Position numbers and translations under genes: made by a program. The notes under the pieces are model-generated. The model was not told where the DNA came from. It ran no database searches and saw nothing but the letters and a program-made list of their open reading frames with translations. A stretch of 64,000 nucleotides of DNA. It comes from an uncultured Acidimicrobiia bacterium. GTDB lineage: Bacteria > Acidobacteriota > Vicinamibacteria > Vicinamibacterales > SCN-69-37. Shown here one piece after another: positions 38,085 to 47,529 of the stretch (position 1 is its first letter; every line of letters starts with the position of its first letter). The DNA is taken from the NCBI GenBank assembly GCA_966252305.1, contig CBINOO010000005.1, positions 6,889 through 70,888 of the forward strand, read 5' to 3'.

Positions 38085-38468
38085 TTACATCCCCCGCTCC
38101 TTGGCCTGCCTGCGCCGTCGCTTTTCGTACTTGTCCAGCGCCGTGCCCGCCCCGCGGGCCGGGCGGGGGCCGGCCAGCCGGGCCATTTCCAGCATCGCCT
38201 TGACCTCCGGCGAGGGCTCCGGGGTGACGTCCTCATACAGTTTTCGGGCCTCCGCCTTGGGCAGATGCTGCTCGGCCATCCCGCGGACAATCACACGCTG
38301 ACGGACCCCGTGAGGCCGGCTCACCTCGATGACGTCCCCCAGCTTGACCTCGCGGTGGGGCTTGGCCGTCTGGCCGTTCAGGTCGATCTTGCCGCCCTCG
38401 CAGGCCCGTTTGGCCTCCGATCGGGTCTTGCAGAGGCAGGCCACGTCCAACCAGATGTCGATGCGCAC
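38085..38468 (-). CDS. S4-domain RNA-binding protein (Hsp15/HslR-like)
   Basis: MRIDIWLDVACLCKTRSEAKRACEGGKIDLNGQTAKPHREVKLGDVIEV matches the S4 alpha-L motif. The C-terminal tail is basic. Confidence 0.75.
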   Translation of the reverse strand: MRIDIWLDVACLCKTRSEAKRACEGGKIDLNGQTAKPHREVKLGDVIEVSRPHGVRQRVIVRGMAEQHLPKAEARKLYEDVTPEPSPEVKAMLEMARLAGPRPARGAGTALDKYEKRRRRQAKERGM

Positions 38469-38485
38469 CGACTTATTATTGGCGT
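38469..38485. promoter_or_regulatory. 17-bp AT-rich divergent spacer with -10-like hexamers facing both ways
   Basis: CGACTTATTATTGGCGT contains TATTAT ending 6 nt before ATG 38486 on the plus strand. On the minus strand AATAAT/TAATAA ends about 5-6 nt before GTG 38468. Confidence 0.35.
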
Positions 38486-38992
38486 ATGCGCCTTCCGCGT
38501 GCTCTCGTTGCCGTGATCCTCCTGTTCGGTCTGGCGGCGTGTAATCCGAACCCGGCCCCCACTGACCTGGCCGACCTGGGCTTCATCGTGAAGGACGTTG
38601 ACGGCAATGACATACGGCTGTCTGACTATCGAGGTCGGCCGTTGATCGTGAACTTCTGGTTCACGACGTGTCCCCCGTGCCGTCAGGAGACTCCAGTGTT
38701 CGTGCGCCTGGTCGACAAATACCGCGACAAGGGTTTCACCGTGCTCGGGCTGTCGATTTCCGACACGCCGGAACAGATCAAGGCGTTTTCGCGGGAGTTC
38801 GGCGTCAACTATCCGATGTTTGTCGCTGACGGCCGTGAAGACATCCTGCAGGCGTACCGCGCCATCGTGGCCTACCCGGTCTCGTGGTTCGTCAAGCCGG
38901 ATGGGACCGTGTTCCTCAAGCACATCGGCACGGCATCTCCCGAGTGGTTCGAGCAACAGGTGATGGGCCTGCTCGACGCCAGCGGACTGTGA
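38486..38992 (+). CDS. TlpA/ResA-like thiol:disulfide oxidoreductase lipoprotein
   Basis: Lipobox LLFGLAAC, thioredoxin-fold motif FWFTTCPPCRQE, 168 aa. Confidence 0.85.
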   Translation: MRLPRALVAVILLFGLAACNPNPAPTDLADLGFIVKDVDGNDIRLSDYRGRPLIVNFWFTTCPPCRQETPVFVRLVDKYRDKGFTVLGLSISDTPEQIKAFSREFGVNYPMFVADGREDILQAYRAIVAYPVSWFVKPDGTVFLKHIGTASPEWFEQQVMGLLDASGL

Positions 38993-38999
38993 GCGCGCG

Positions 39000-39422
39000 A
39001 TGACTCCGCAGGTGCTGATGACGGCGGCGTTGATCGCCTTTGCGTTCGCGGCATGGCCGCTGCTGGGCAAGGAAGCGCGTGTGTCCGGCGCCTGGATGTC
39101 GGTGCTCGTGATGGTTGGCTCGGCGCTGACCGTGACCCTGGCGTCGGCCTCGCGACTCACGGGAGGGCTGCCAACGGGGCGGGCACTGGGTTTTCTTGGC
39201 GCCGCAGCCGTGGCCAACGGATTGGCGGTGTATCTGTACGCCTCGAAGGCGGCTGACCCCACGGTGCCCACGGCCGCGTTCCTGGTCGTGGTGTCCGTGG
39301 TGCAGGTGGCCGCCATTCCGCTCCTGGCGTGGGTGCTCCCGGGCGGGCAGGCGCCGACGCTGCGTCAGGCAGCGGGATTTGTGTGTGCGGCGGTGGCCGT
39401 GTATCTGCTGGCGAAGGGCTGA
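39000..39422 (+). CDS. Small polytopic membrane protein (about 4-5 TMS, half-size DMT/EamA-like), unknown function
   Basis: 140 aa, almost entirely hydrophobic helices. No catalytic motif recognised. Confidence 0.5.
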   Translation: MTPQVLMTAALIAFAFAAWPLLGKEARVSGAWMSVLVMVGSALTVTLASASRLTGGLPTGRALGFLGAAAVANGLAVYLYASKAADPTVPTAAFLVVVSVVQVAAIPLLAWVLPGGQAPTLRQAAGFVCAAVAVYLLAKG

Positions 39423-39425
39423 TCG

Positions 39426-40070
39426 ATGAACCTGCAGGATGTGATCCTGTTCTCCACGGCGCTGCTCGCCATCGTCAATCCGATTGGATCCTCGGTGTTG
39501 TTTGCGGCGGTGGCCGGGAAGTTCACGACGGACATTCAGCGCCGGATGGCCAATCAGGCGGCCCTTGCGATCCTCATCATCCTGCTCGTGTGCGCCTGGC
39601 TGGGCAACTCGATTCTGGGGCTGATGGGGCTGACGACGCCGATGCTGCAGGCCGCCGGCGGACTCATCCTGCTCAACTACGGGATGCGCATGGTGACCGT
39701 CACCGAAGACGTGAAGCTGACCAAGGACGAAAAGGACTCGGCCCAGGAAGTGTCGGAAGACCACTGGAAGGCTCTGGCGGTGGTGCCGCTCGCGATTCCA
39801 GGCACGGTCGGCGCGGGCACGATCACGACGGTGATCATTCAGGCCAGCGCCTACGATACGCCGCGCGACCTGTTCATCATCTCGGCGGTTGCCATCGGCA
39901 TCGCGCTGCTGATGTGGATTACGTTCCACTCCGCAGGGCCCATTGCCAGGCGTATCGGCCCGATTGGGATGAACATCATTTCGCGCGTCATGGGGATTCT
40001 GGTGACCGCGACGGCATTTGGCCTGCTCGGGCGTGGCATCGGCGGCCTGCTGCCGGGGCTCGCCAAATAG
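39426..40070 (+). CDS. MarC-family (UPF0056) integral membrane protein
   Basis: N-terminal FSTALLAIVNPIGSSVLF motif and about 6 TMS over 214 aa, typical of MarC/YhgN. Confidence 0.75.
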   Translation: MNLQDVILFSTALLAIVNPIGSSVLFAAVAGKFTTDIQRRMANQAALAILIILLVCAWLGNSILGLMGLTTPMLQAAGGLILLNYGMRMVTVTEDVKLTKDEKDSAQEVSEDHWKALAVVPLAIPGTVGAGTITTVIIQASAYDTPRDLFIISAVAIGIALLMWITFHSAGPIARRIGPIGMNIISRVMGILVTATAFGLLGRGIGGLLPGLAK

Positions 40071-40185
40071 CGGCGGTCGATTGATGTACCACGCGGCGGG
40101 ATTGCCCGGGGCCGCATGGTATTGTCACCTCAGACGTCCGTCCAATCGCGGGCCGGTGACGTCAGAATCTGTCGGTGGAGTCCTC

Positions 40186-40704
40186 ATGAAGACACGACAA
40201 GACGAAGGTTTTACCCTCATTGAGCTGCTGATCGTCGTGGCGATCATCAGCATCATCGCGGCGATTGCCGTGCCCGGGCTGATGCGGTCACGAATGGCGG
40301 GTAACGAGGCCTCGGCGTCCAACTCGCTGCGGGCCATCAATATCGCCGAGATTCAATATTCCTCCGGATGCGGCAACCAGGGATTTGCGGTGTCCTTCCA
40401 GGTGCTGGCCACACCGCCGCCTGGTTCGACCGAGCCTTACATCAGCGCGGAATTCGCCTCTCCCACACCGTTCAAGGCGGGCTACTCGTTTTCCCTGGCG
40501 CCAGGAGCCGGTGGGTCCGCAGGGCCAAACGACTGCAACGGGACGGCGACGCAGTCCGCCTACTACGCAACGGCCGTTCCTCAGACGTTCGGCTCGACCG
40601 GAAGCAAGTCCTTCGCGACCAATCAGAGCGCGACGATCTGGCAGGTTTCTGCCGCAGCGGCGCCGACAGAACCCTTCGGCCCTCCGGCGACCCCGCTTCA
40701 GTAA
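40186..40704 (+). CDS. Type IV pilin / pseudopilin-like protein with prepilin N-terminal methylation motif
   Basis: ATG 40186 gives MKTRQDEGFTLIELLIVVAIISIIAAIAVPGL (G|FTLIE cleavage/methylation motif). A GGTGGAG Shine-Dalgarno sequence lies upstream. Confidence 0.85.
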   Translation: MKTRQDEGFTLIELLIVVAIISIIAAIAVPGLMRSRMAGNEASASNSLRAINIAEIQYSSGCGNQGFAVSFQVLATPPPGSTEPYISAEFASPTPFKAGYSFSLAPGAGGSAGPNDCNGTATQSAYYATAVPQTFGSTGSKSFATNQSATIWQVSAAAAPTEPFGPPATPLQ

Positions 40705-40711
40705 CGTGTGA

Positions 40712-43399
40712 TCAGGCCAGGGCCTCGGTCACGAGGGCTCTGGCCTTTTCCAGCATCGCGTCGATGCCCGACGCGTCCTTGCCGCCCGCCTCAGCGAAGT
40801 CCGGCCGTCCGCCGCCACCCCCGCCCACCAGCGGTGCCAGCGTCTTGACCAGCTGCCCGGCCTGCACCCGGTCGGTCAGGTCCTTGGTAACGGCAATCAG
40901 CAACTGCACCTTGCCGTCGTTGTCGCCGGCCACCACCACGACACCCCGCTTCAGCCGGTCGCGCAACGAATCACTCAAGCCACGCAGGCCACCCTTGTCG
41001 AGGCCGGATACGCGCCGCGCCACGAACTTCGCGTCGCCGATGTCGATGATGTCCGCGTCGGCGCTGCCGCCGCCTCCGCCGAGCGCCACCTTCATCTTGA
41101 GCTGTTCATTTTCGCGGGCCAGCCGTCTGGCCTCCGCCTGAAGCTTCGCGACTGCGTCCGCCGCTTGATCGAGTGGCGCGCCGAGCACGCCCAGCGTGCG
41201 GGCCATGCCTGCCTGCAGGTGCTGCAGGTGCGCCACCGCGCCGAGGCCTGTGAGGGCCTCGATTCGTCGAACGCCTGCGGCCACACCGGATTCCTCCGTG
41301 ATCACAAATGGCCCGATGTCACCGGTGGCGCGCACATGGGTGCCGCCGCACAGTTCGGTTGAAAAGCCTTCGATCTGGACCACGCGCACTTTGTCGCCGT
41401 ACTTCTCGCCGAACAACGCCATCGCGCCGCCCTTGATGGCCTCTTCGGTGTTTTTCACGTCGGTGACGACAGGCGTATTCCGGACGATCTGCTCGCTGAC
41501 GATGCGTTCGATCGCCTGGCGCTCTTCCGGCGTGACGGCCGAGAAGTGCGAGAAGTCGAACCGCAGCCGATCCGGCGCCACCAGCGAACCCGCCTGGCGC
41601 ACATGTGTGCCGAGCGTCTGGCGCAGAGCTGCATGCAGCAGGTGCGTGGCCGTGTGATTGCGGCGCGTCGCGTCGCGCAGCGCGCTGTCTGCCTGCGCGG
41701 AGACCTTGATCCCGGTCGCGATTGGCGCCGACGTCGTCACGCGGTGCACCCGCGCGCCCCCCGCCACCAACCGGCTCATGCCGACGACGGTGGCTGCCGG
41801 TTGACCGTCCACGAGCAGGCTGCCGCGGTCCGAGACCTGACCACCGGACTCGACGTAGAAGGGCGTGCGATCGAGGACGACGTAACCATCAGCGCCTGCA
41901 GGCAGGGAGGCAACTTCGGTGCGGTCGGCGTCAAACAGCGCGACAACAGTCGACACGCTGCTGGTGGCCGTATAGCCGTCAAAACTATCGGGCAGCTGCT
42001 CAAGCGTCTGCCGCCGTTGGTCGGACGCAAACACGAACTGGACACCCTTCTTTGTCTCGAACGCGCTGGCGGACCTGGCGCGTTCGCGCTGGGCTTCCAT
42101 GGCGGCGTCGAGACCTTCGCGATCGATCGTCAGACCGCGCTGACCCGCAAGGTCCTCCGCGAAATCGAGTGGCACCCCGAGCGAGTCGTACAGCTTGAAG
42201 ACCTCGTCGCCGGAGACGACGGTGCTGCCGTTTTCGGCGGTGCGTTCGAGCAGGTCTTCAAGTTTCGGCAGGCCTGAGGTGAGCACCGAATCAAACCGTT
42301 CCTCCTCCGCGCGAATGGTCCGGACGATGGCCTCGCGGTTGCCGCGGAGGTCGGGGTACGCCGGGCTCATTTCTTCAATGACGGCGTCAGCCAATTCGAA
42401 CAGTACCGGTTCGGTGAAGCCCAGCTTCTTGCCGTGGCGCATCGCCCTGCGCATGATCTTGCGCAGCACGTAGCCGCGCCATTCGTTGGACGGCAACACG
42501 CCGTCACCGATGAGGAACGTCATCGCGCGCAGGTGATCGGCGATGACGCGCATGGAGACGTCGGGATGATCGGTCGCCGTGCTGTGCGTGTAGGCGCGCC
42601 CGGCTTTGGCGGAGATGGCCGCAAGGATCGGAGTGAACAGGTCCGTGTCGTAGGTCGCCAGCTTGCCCTGGATGACGGCGGTGATGCGCTCGAGGCCCAT
42701 GCCGGTGTCGACCGACAACGCCGGTAGCGGATTCAGCGTGCCGTCGGGCTGGCGGTCGAACTCCATGAACACGTTGTTCCAGATTTCGACGTATCGTTCG
42801 CAGCTGCATTCCACGCCGCGACAGACAGGTTCGCCGCACGGAATGTCCATGCCACGGAAGAAGTAGATCTCCGAGCAGCGGCCGCAGGGGCCCGTGTCGC
42901 CCATCGACCAGAAGTTGTCTGCGGCGCCAAGTTCGCTGATGCGCTCACGCGGGACGAGCGTCGCCCACGTCTCAAACGACTCATCGTCGCGCGGAATGCC
43001 GCCTTCACCCTTGAAGACCGACGGGTACAGGCGCTGGGGATCGATCTGCCAGACCGCGGTCAGCAACTGCCAGGCAAACGGGATCGCATCGGCCTTGAAG
43101 TAGTCGCCGAACGAGAAGTTGCCGAGCATCTCGAAAAACGTGTGGTGGCGCAGTGACGGGCCGACGTTGTCGAGGTCGTTGTGTTTCCCGCTCACGCGCA
43201 TGCACTTCTGCACGGTGGTGGCGCGTGTGTAGTCGCGCCGCTCCTTGCCGAGGAAGACGTCCTTGAACTGGTTCATCCCGGCGTTGGTGAACAGCAGGGT
43301 GGGATCGTCACCAGGGACGAGTGATGACGAGGTCACGACGCGGTGACCTTGACGGGCGAAGAAATCGAGGAAGGACTGGCGAATGTCGCGAGCGGTCAT
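40712..43399 (-). CDS. alaS: Alanyl-tRNA synthetase
   Basis: FLDFFARQGHRVVTSSSLVP start, editing-domain HTATHLLH...CGGTH motifs, and a C-terminal DHHA1-like domain. 895 aa. Confidence 0.95.
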   Translation of the reverse strand: MTARDIRQSFLDFFARQGHRVVTSSSLVPGDDPTLLFTNAGMNQFKDVFLGKERRDYTRATTVQKCMRVSGKHNDLDNVGPSLRHHTFFEMLGNFSFGDYFKADAIPFAWQLLTAVWQIDPQRLYPSVFKGEGGIPRDDESFETWATLVPRERISELGAADNFWSMGDTGPCGRCSEIYFFRGMDIPCGEPVCRGVECSCERYVEIWNNVFMEFDRQPDGTLNPLPALSVDTGMGLERITAVIQGKLATYDTDLFTPILAAISAKAGRAYTHSTATDHPDVSMRVIADHLRAMTFLIGDGVLPSNEWRGYVLRKIMRRAMRHGKKLGFTEPVLFELADAVIEEMSPAYPDLRGNREAIVRTIRAEEERFDSVLTSGLPKLEDLLERTAENGSTVVSGDEVFKLYDSLGVPLDFAEDLAGQRGLTIDREGLDAAMEAQRERARSASAFETKKGVQFVFASDQRRQTLEQLPDSFDGYTATSSVSTVVALFDADRTEVASLPAGADGYVVLDRTPFYVESGGQVSDRGSLLVDGQPAATVVGMSRLVAGGARVHRVTTSAPIATGIKVSAQADSALRDATRRNHTATHLLHAALRQTLGTHVRQAGSLVAPDRLRFDFSHFSAVTPEERQAIERIVSEQIVRNTPVVTDVKNTEEAIKGGAMALFGEKYGDKVRVVQIEGFSTELCGGTHVRATGDIGPFVITEESGVAAGVRRIEALTGLGAVAHLQHLQAGMARTLGVLGAPLDQAADAVAKLQAEARRLARENEQLKMKVALGGGGGSADADIIDIGDAKFVARRVSGLDKGGLRGLSDSLRDRLKRGVVVVAGDNDGKVQLLIAVTKDLTDRVQAGQLVKTLAPLVGGGGGGRPDFAEAGGKDASGIDAMLEKARALVTEALA

Positions 43400-43424
43400 G
43401 ACAGCTCACGATTGTACCGGAGTG

Positions 43425-43877
43425 TCAGTCCTCCTCCGACGATCGGCTGCGCAGGGCCTTGGCGACGACGTCTCCCGAGAATCCGCGCCGGAGCAACTGG
43501 CCGAAGACACGACGATATTCGGCCGTGGTCAATCGCGCCGGCAGGCGCCTGCGTTCGATGAATCGCCGCACGGAGGCCGCTTCGTCCTCCTCCGGCAACG
43601 CGGCCAACGCCTCGTGTGCCAGCGCACGGTCGATGCCGCGCGCCTCGAGTTCGCGACGAATCCGGAGCCGGCCACGGCCCTTGAGGGCCGACGCGGTGCG
43701 GACGTGGGCGGCGGCCACGCGCTGATCGTTGAGCAGGCCTTCGTCGATGAGACGGCGAACCGTCTCGTCGATGTCTTCGGGAGCGAACTCCTTCTTCTTC
43801 AGGCGATCGCGTACTTCAGCGACGGTGTAGTCGCGACGCCCGAGGAGGCGCAGGGCGGCGAGGCGCGCCTGTGACAC
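43425..43877 (-). CDS. recX: Recombination regulator RecX
   Basis: AALRLLGRRDYTVAEVRDRLKKK and a repeated three-helix pattern. 150 aa, upstream of alaS. Confidence 0.8.
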   Translation of the reverse strand: MSQARLAALRLLGRRDYTVAEVRDRLKKKEFAPEDIDETVRRLIDEGLLNDQRVAAAHVRTASALKGRGRLRIRRELEARGIDRALAHEALAALPEEDEAASVRRFIERRRLPARLTTAEYRRVFGQLLRRGFSGDVVAKALRSRSSEED

Positions 43878-43893
43878 GGGCTGCCCTGGCTCG

Positions 43894-44835
43894 TCAGTGA
43901 GCCGCGACCGGTACTTCGACGTACGTCAGCCAGTTGTGCCGATCGGGCACCGCGCCGTTGATGTAGTCGAAGAACGACTGCTGGAGCGCCGCAGTGATCG
44001 GGCCGCGGCGGCCCTTGCCGATCGTGACCTTGTCCACCGACCGAATCGGCGTGATTTCCGCTGCGGTACCACAGAAGAACACTTCGTCAGCCACGTAGAG
44101 CATTTCGCGCGGCAGCACCAGCTCGCGAACCTGCAGTCCGAGGTCCTTGGCGAGCGTAATCACCGAATCGCGGGTGATACCGGGCAGCACCGAGGACGCC
44201 AGCGACGGCGTGTACACGACGTCATCGCGCACGAGGAACAGGTTCTGACCGCTGCCTTCGCTCAGATTGCCGTCAGGATTGAGCGCAATGCCTTCGGAAT
44301 ACCCCTCGACCACCGCCTCCATCTTGATGAGGCCGGAGTTGGCGTAGTTGGCGACGGACTTTGCCATCGCCGGGAATGTGTTGGGGGCCGTGCGGGTCCA
44401 CGAACTCACTCGCACGTCGACACCCTGCTCGAGGGCGTCCTGACCGAGGTAGGCGCCCCACTCCCAGACGAGGATGAGCGCGTCCACGGGGCAGGGCAGT
44501 GGGTTCACGCCGAGCTGGTTGTACCCTCGGTACAGCAGCGGACGAATGTAGCAGGCGGGCAAACCGTTGGCCTTGATCGTGTCGAGCACCGCCTCGGTGA
44601 GTGCCTCCTGCCCGAGGTGGTATTCCATCCGGTAGATGCGGGCCGAGTCGACCAGTCGACGCATGTGCGCATCGAGTCGGAAACACGCCGAGCCTTTGGG
44701 CGTGCTGTAGCAGCGGGCGCCTTCAAACACACCGGAACCGTAGTGGATGACGTGCGAGGCCACGTGCATCGTGGCATTCGCCCAGTCGACCAGTTTTCCA
44801 TTCATCCACACCTTGCCGGTGCCGCTGAAAGCCAT
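43894..44835 (-). CDS. ilvE: Branched-chain amino acid aminotransferase
   Basis: VWMNGKLVDW...HYGSGVFEGARCY, a class IV aminotransferase signature. A strong AAGGAG Shine-Dalgarno sequence lies upstream. Confidence 0.9.
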   Translation of the reverse strand: MAFSGTGKVWMNGKLVDWANATMHVASHVIHYGSGVFEGARCYSTPKGSACFRLDAHMRRLVDSARIYRMEYHLGQEALTEAVLDTIKANGLPACYIRPLLYRGYNQLGVNPLPCPVDALILVWEWGAYLGQDALEQGVDVRVSSWTRTAPNTFPAMAKSVANYANSGLIKMEAVVEGYSEGIALNPDGNLSEGSGQNLFLVRDDVVYTPSLASSVLPGITRDSVITLAKDLGLQVRELVLPREMLYVADEVFFCGTAAEITPIRSVDKVTIGKGRRGPITAALQQSFFDYINGAVPDRHNWLTYVEVPVAAH

Positions 44836-44916
44836 GTGATCTCCTTCCGCCGCCGACCGTGGCGACCGCCCGCGATTTTATCGCGGACTGGATGGTGGGT
44901 CCCAGTACAAATCCGG

Positions 44917-45927
44917 CTACTGGTTCTCGCCGCAGAATGGGCAGCGAGAGCTGCGGGCGGGCAGCGGCTTGCGGCATTGCCAGCAGAAGCGCGCCGCGGG
45001 CGCCTCGCGTGTCGTGCGCAGACGCGCGGGCGTGGGCGACGGGCGTGGAGCGGGCGTCGGCCTGGTCACCGCACCTGCGCCGGCCGGCGAAGGCGCCACC
45101 GGCTCGACCGGCGCGGGCTTGCGCACGAGTTCGCGACGCACGGACAGCAGGTCGTTGAGCAGTTCCTCGGCGCGCTGATAACGGCGCCCGACGTCGGGCG
45201 CGAGCGCGCGCATCACGATGTCGTCAATCGCCTTCGGGATGTGCGGCTGCCGCTGTCGGGGCGGCGTGACCAGTTCGCCGCGCTTGAGGCGGGCGATGTC
45301 GGCGGGCGCCGGCGTGTTGTACGGCAGGTCCCCGGTCAACATCTGGTACATCGTGACGCCAATCGAATACAGGTCGGACGCAAAGACCGCCCGCCCCTCA
45401 AACTGCTCCGGCGCCATGTATGGCGGGCTGCCGATCACCGTCGTCCCGTGAGCCGCCATCTCCAGGACACGCGACGTGCCGAAGTCGCCGACCTTCAACA
45501 GGCCCTTGTCGGTGACGAAGATGTTGGCGGGCCGCAGATCGCGGTGCAGCACGTTGTGTTTGTGCGCGTGCTCGACCGCATTGCAGATCTGCGCGGTGTA
45601 GTCGAGCGCCTGCATCAGTTCGAGCGCGCCACGATGGGCGATGATCGTCTCGAGTGTGTCACCGGGCACGTACTCCATCACGATGAAGAAGACGTTCTCC
45701 TGCTTCTCGGCAGTGATGACGGTGACGATGTTGGGGTGTCCGAGCGACGCGAGCAGTCGCGGCTCCTTCAGCAGTTCGCCGAAGTCGAGGTTCTGCCGGT
45801 GCGGGACCTTCAGCGCGACACGTTTGTCGATCCACGTGTCCTCGGCCAGGTAGACGGTGCCGAACCCGCCGCTGCCCAGCGGTTCGACGATGCGATACTT
45901 GCCAAGAGTCTGGCCACGAAAGACCAT
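44917..45927 (-). CDS. Ser/Thr protein kinase (Hanks type, catalytically intact) with C-terminal zinc-ribbon
   Basis: GSGGFGTVY, ALKV, HRDLRPANIFV, DFGTS, YMAPE and DLYSIGV motifs are all present. The C-terminus has CWQC...CPFCG. Start taken at ATG 45927. Confidence 0.85.
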   Translation of the reverse strand: MVFRGQTLGKYRIVEPLGSGGFGTVYLAEDTWIDKRVALKVPHRQNLDFGELLKEPRLLASLGHPNIVTVITAEKQENVFFIVMEYVPGDTLETIIAHRGALELMQALDYTAQICNAVEHAHKHNVLHRDLRPANIFVTDKGLLKVGDFGTSRVLEMAAHGTTVIGSPPYMAPEQFEGRAVFASDLYSIGVTMYQMLTGDLPYNTPAPADIARLKRGELVTPPRQRQPHIPKAIDDIVMRALAPDVGRRYQRAEELLNDLLSVRRELVRKPAPVEPVAPSPAGAGAVTRPTPAPRPSPTPARLRTTREAPAARFCWQCRKPLPARSSRCPFCGENQ

Positions 45928-45969
45928 GTGCCTCAGGAGAATATCAGACACGATGATCAGGGAGACGCC

Positions 45970-46698
45970 GTGACGCGTGTGTATCTGCCGGAGGGATTGC
46001 CCGCCGACGGCGCCACGTTGCCCGAACACGTCACGCACTATCTGGCGTCGGTCGTACGTGTGCGTCCCGGCACCGAGATCGGGCTGTTCGACGGGCACGG
46101 CCACGAGTGGCGCGCCCGCATCGCCGGCGTGACGCGGCGTTCGATTGCGATCACTGACATCACCGCGTGCACGCCGATTCCCGAACCCGTGGTGCGCGTC
46201 ACGGTCGCAGTCGGCATCCTCAAGGGTGAGCAGATGGACAACGTGGTGCGCGACCTCACGGCATTGGGGGCTGCGCGGATCGTGCCGCTCATCAGTGATC
46301 ACGTTGCGGTGTCGTCGCGGGCCTGGCGCGGAGATCGCGCCGGTGAACGGTGGCATCGTGTGGCAGCCGCGGCTGCGGCCCAATGCGGCCGCGCGGTCGT
46401 GCCGATCATCAGTGAACCGACACCGCTGCCGGCGCTGCTGGAGGAGCCCGATGACTACCGCCTCGCGGCTGTTGAGCCAGGGGCTCCTGGTCTGCGCGCG
46501 CCCGCCTGGACGCCGGTGCCGGCCTCGGTTCTGCTGCTGATTGGTCCGGAAGGCGGATGGAGCGCCGACGAACTCGCGCAGTGTGCCCGCGCGGATGTCG
46601 CGCGGTTGTCGCTGGGGCCCCGCACGCTGCGCGCGGAGCTGGCGCCCAGCGTCGCGCTGTCGACGGTGTGGGCGGCGTGGGAGTGGTTATCGCTGTAG
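45970..46698 (+). CDS. rsmE: 16S rRNA (uracil1498-N3)-methyltransferase RsmE
   Basis: GTG 45970 with a GGGAG Shine-Dalgarno sequence. The GPEGGWS motif and SLGPRTLRAE are typical of RsmE. The rest of the 933-aa ORF upstream is antisense to ilvE and the kinase and was rejected. Confidence 0.8.
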   Translation: MTRVYLPEGLPADGATLPEHVTHYLASVVRVRPGTEIGLFDGHGHEWRARIAGVTRRSIAITDITACTPIPEPVVRVTVAVGILKGEQMDNVVRDLTALGAARIVPLISDHVAVSSRAWRGDRAGERWHRVAAAAAAQCGRAVVPIISEPTPLPALLEEPDDYRLAAVEPGAPGLRAPAWTPVPASVLLLIGPEGGWSADELAQCARADVARLSLGPRTLRAELAPSVALSTVWAAWEWLSL

Positions 46699-47529
46699 CC
46701 GGAGGCCGACCCACCCGGCTTCGTGCCGCTCTGACTTGAGCATCACGTCGTCGCCCACAAAGGCCGCGACGACGTCATCGCGCTCTTCAGCGGTGATGCC
46801 GCTCAGGATCAGCGCGCCGCCGGGCCCGGTCAGGGACACGAGCACATCGCGCAGGCGCCGGAGCAGGCCGCCGGTGAGGTTGGCCAGCACAAGGTCAAAC
46901 GGCGCCCCCTCGACCTCGGGTGTCCGTTCGAGATCGACCTGTGCGATGGTCAGGCCGCCGGTGACATGGTTGAGCTCCGCGGATTCACGCGCACACACGA
47001 TGGAGTCGTGGTCGTAGTCGATCGCGGTGACTGCGCGTGCGCCGAGCCGGTGTGCGGCAATCGCCAGGACCCCGCTGCCGGTGCCCACGTCACAGACGGT
47101 GAGGCCGCGGACCGAGACCTCCTGGAGCAACCCGAGGCACAGCCGTGTCGAGGCGTGATGGCCCGTGCCAAAACCCATCGACGGCAGGATCGTGATGACG
47201 GTCGCGTCGCTGCCGGCGGGTTGATCCCATGGCGGCGCCACCACAACGGCGCCCACCTGCACATGGGTCAGCGAAGCCTGGCTCCGCTCCGCCCATTGCT
47301 CGTCGGGGACGTCGACGGGGGCGCAAACGACTTCCGGCAGTGTCTCCCGGACTGTCTGCGCCGCCGCATCGCGGTCGTGGGTCGTCGCGAAGAACACACG
47401 CAACGTGGCGCCGCGTTCTTCGACGGCGGTCGGACCGTGTTCATCCAGGAATGCGATGACGATGTCGCCGTCGGCGTGGTGTGAAATGTCGAGTCCGGCG
47501 TACGTCCGGGCACCCTGGCGATCAACCAA
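46687..47529 (-). CDS. prmA: Ribosomal protein L11 methyltransferase PrmA
   Basis: [14 protein letters not shown] and [13 protein letters not shown] motifs. Located after dnaJ, as in many bacteria. Confidence 0.85.
   Translation of the reverse strand: MVDRQGARTYAGLDISHHADGDIVIAFLDEHGPTAVEERGATLRVFFATTHDRDAAAQTVRETLPEVVCAPVDVPDEQWAERSQASLTHVQVGAVVVAPPWDQPAGSDATVITILPSMGFGTGHHASTRLCLGLLQEVSVRGLTVCDVGTGSGVLAIAAHRLGARAVTAIDYDHDSIVCARESAELNHVTGGLTIAQVDLERTPEVEGAPFDLVLANLTGGLLRRLRDVLVSLTGPGGALILSGITAEERDDVVAAFVGDDVMLKSERHEAGWVGLRLQR

Noticed and set aside
40071-40185. Possible sigma-54 promoter (TGGTATTGTCACC) upstream of the pilin-like gene
   Set aside because: It does not fit the TGGCAC-N5-TTGC spacing or consensus. 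No enhancer-binding protein gene is nearby.
43425-44835. recX preceded by ilvE rather than recA, considered as a possible rearrangement scar
   Set aside because: There are no repeats, pseudogene fragments or mobile-element traces at the junctions (17-bp and 25-bp spacers). recX-alaS linkage is retained, so this is simply a different but ordinary synteny.
43897-45969. The upstream about 690 codons of the 933-aa plus-strand ORF 43897..46698
   Set aside because: This part lies antisense to ilvE and to the Ser/Thr kinase, both of which have strong family motifs. Its translation is Arg/His/Gly/Val-rich with no recognisable domain, as expected for an antisense frame of a high-GC gene. Only the last 242 codons (rsmE, from GTG 45970) are credible.
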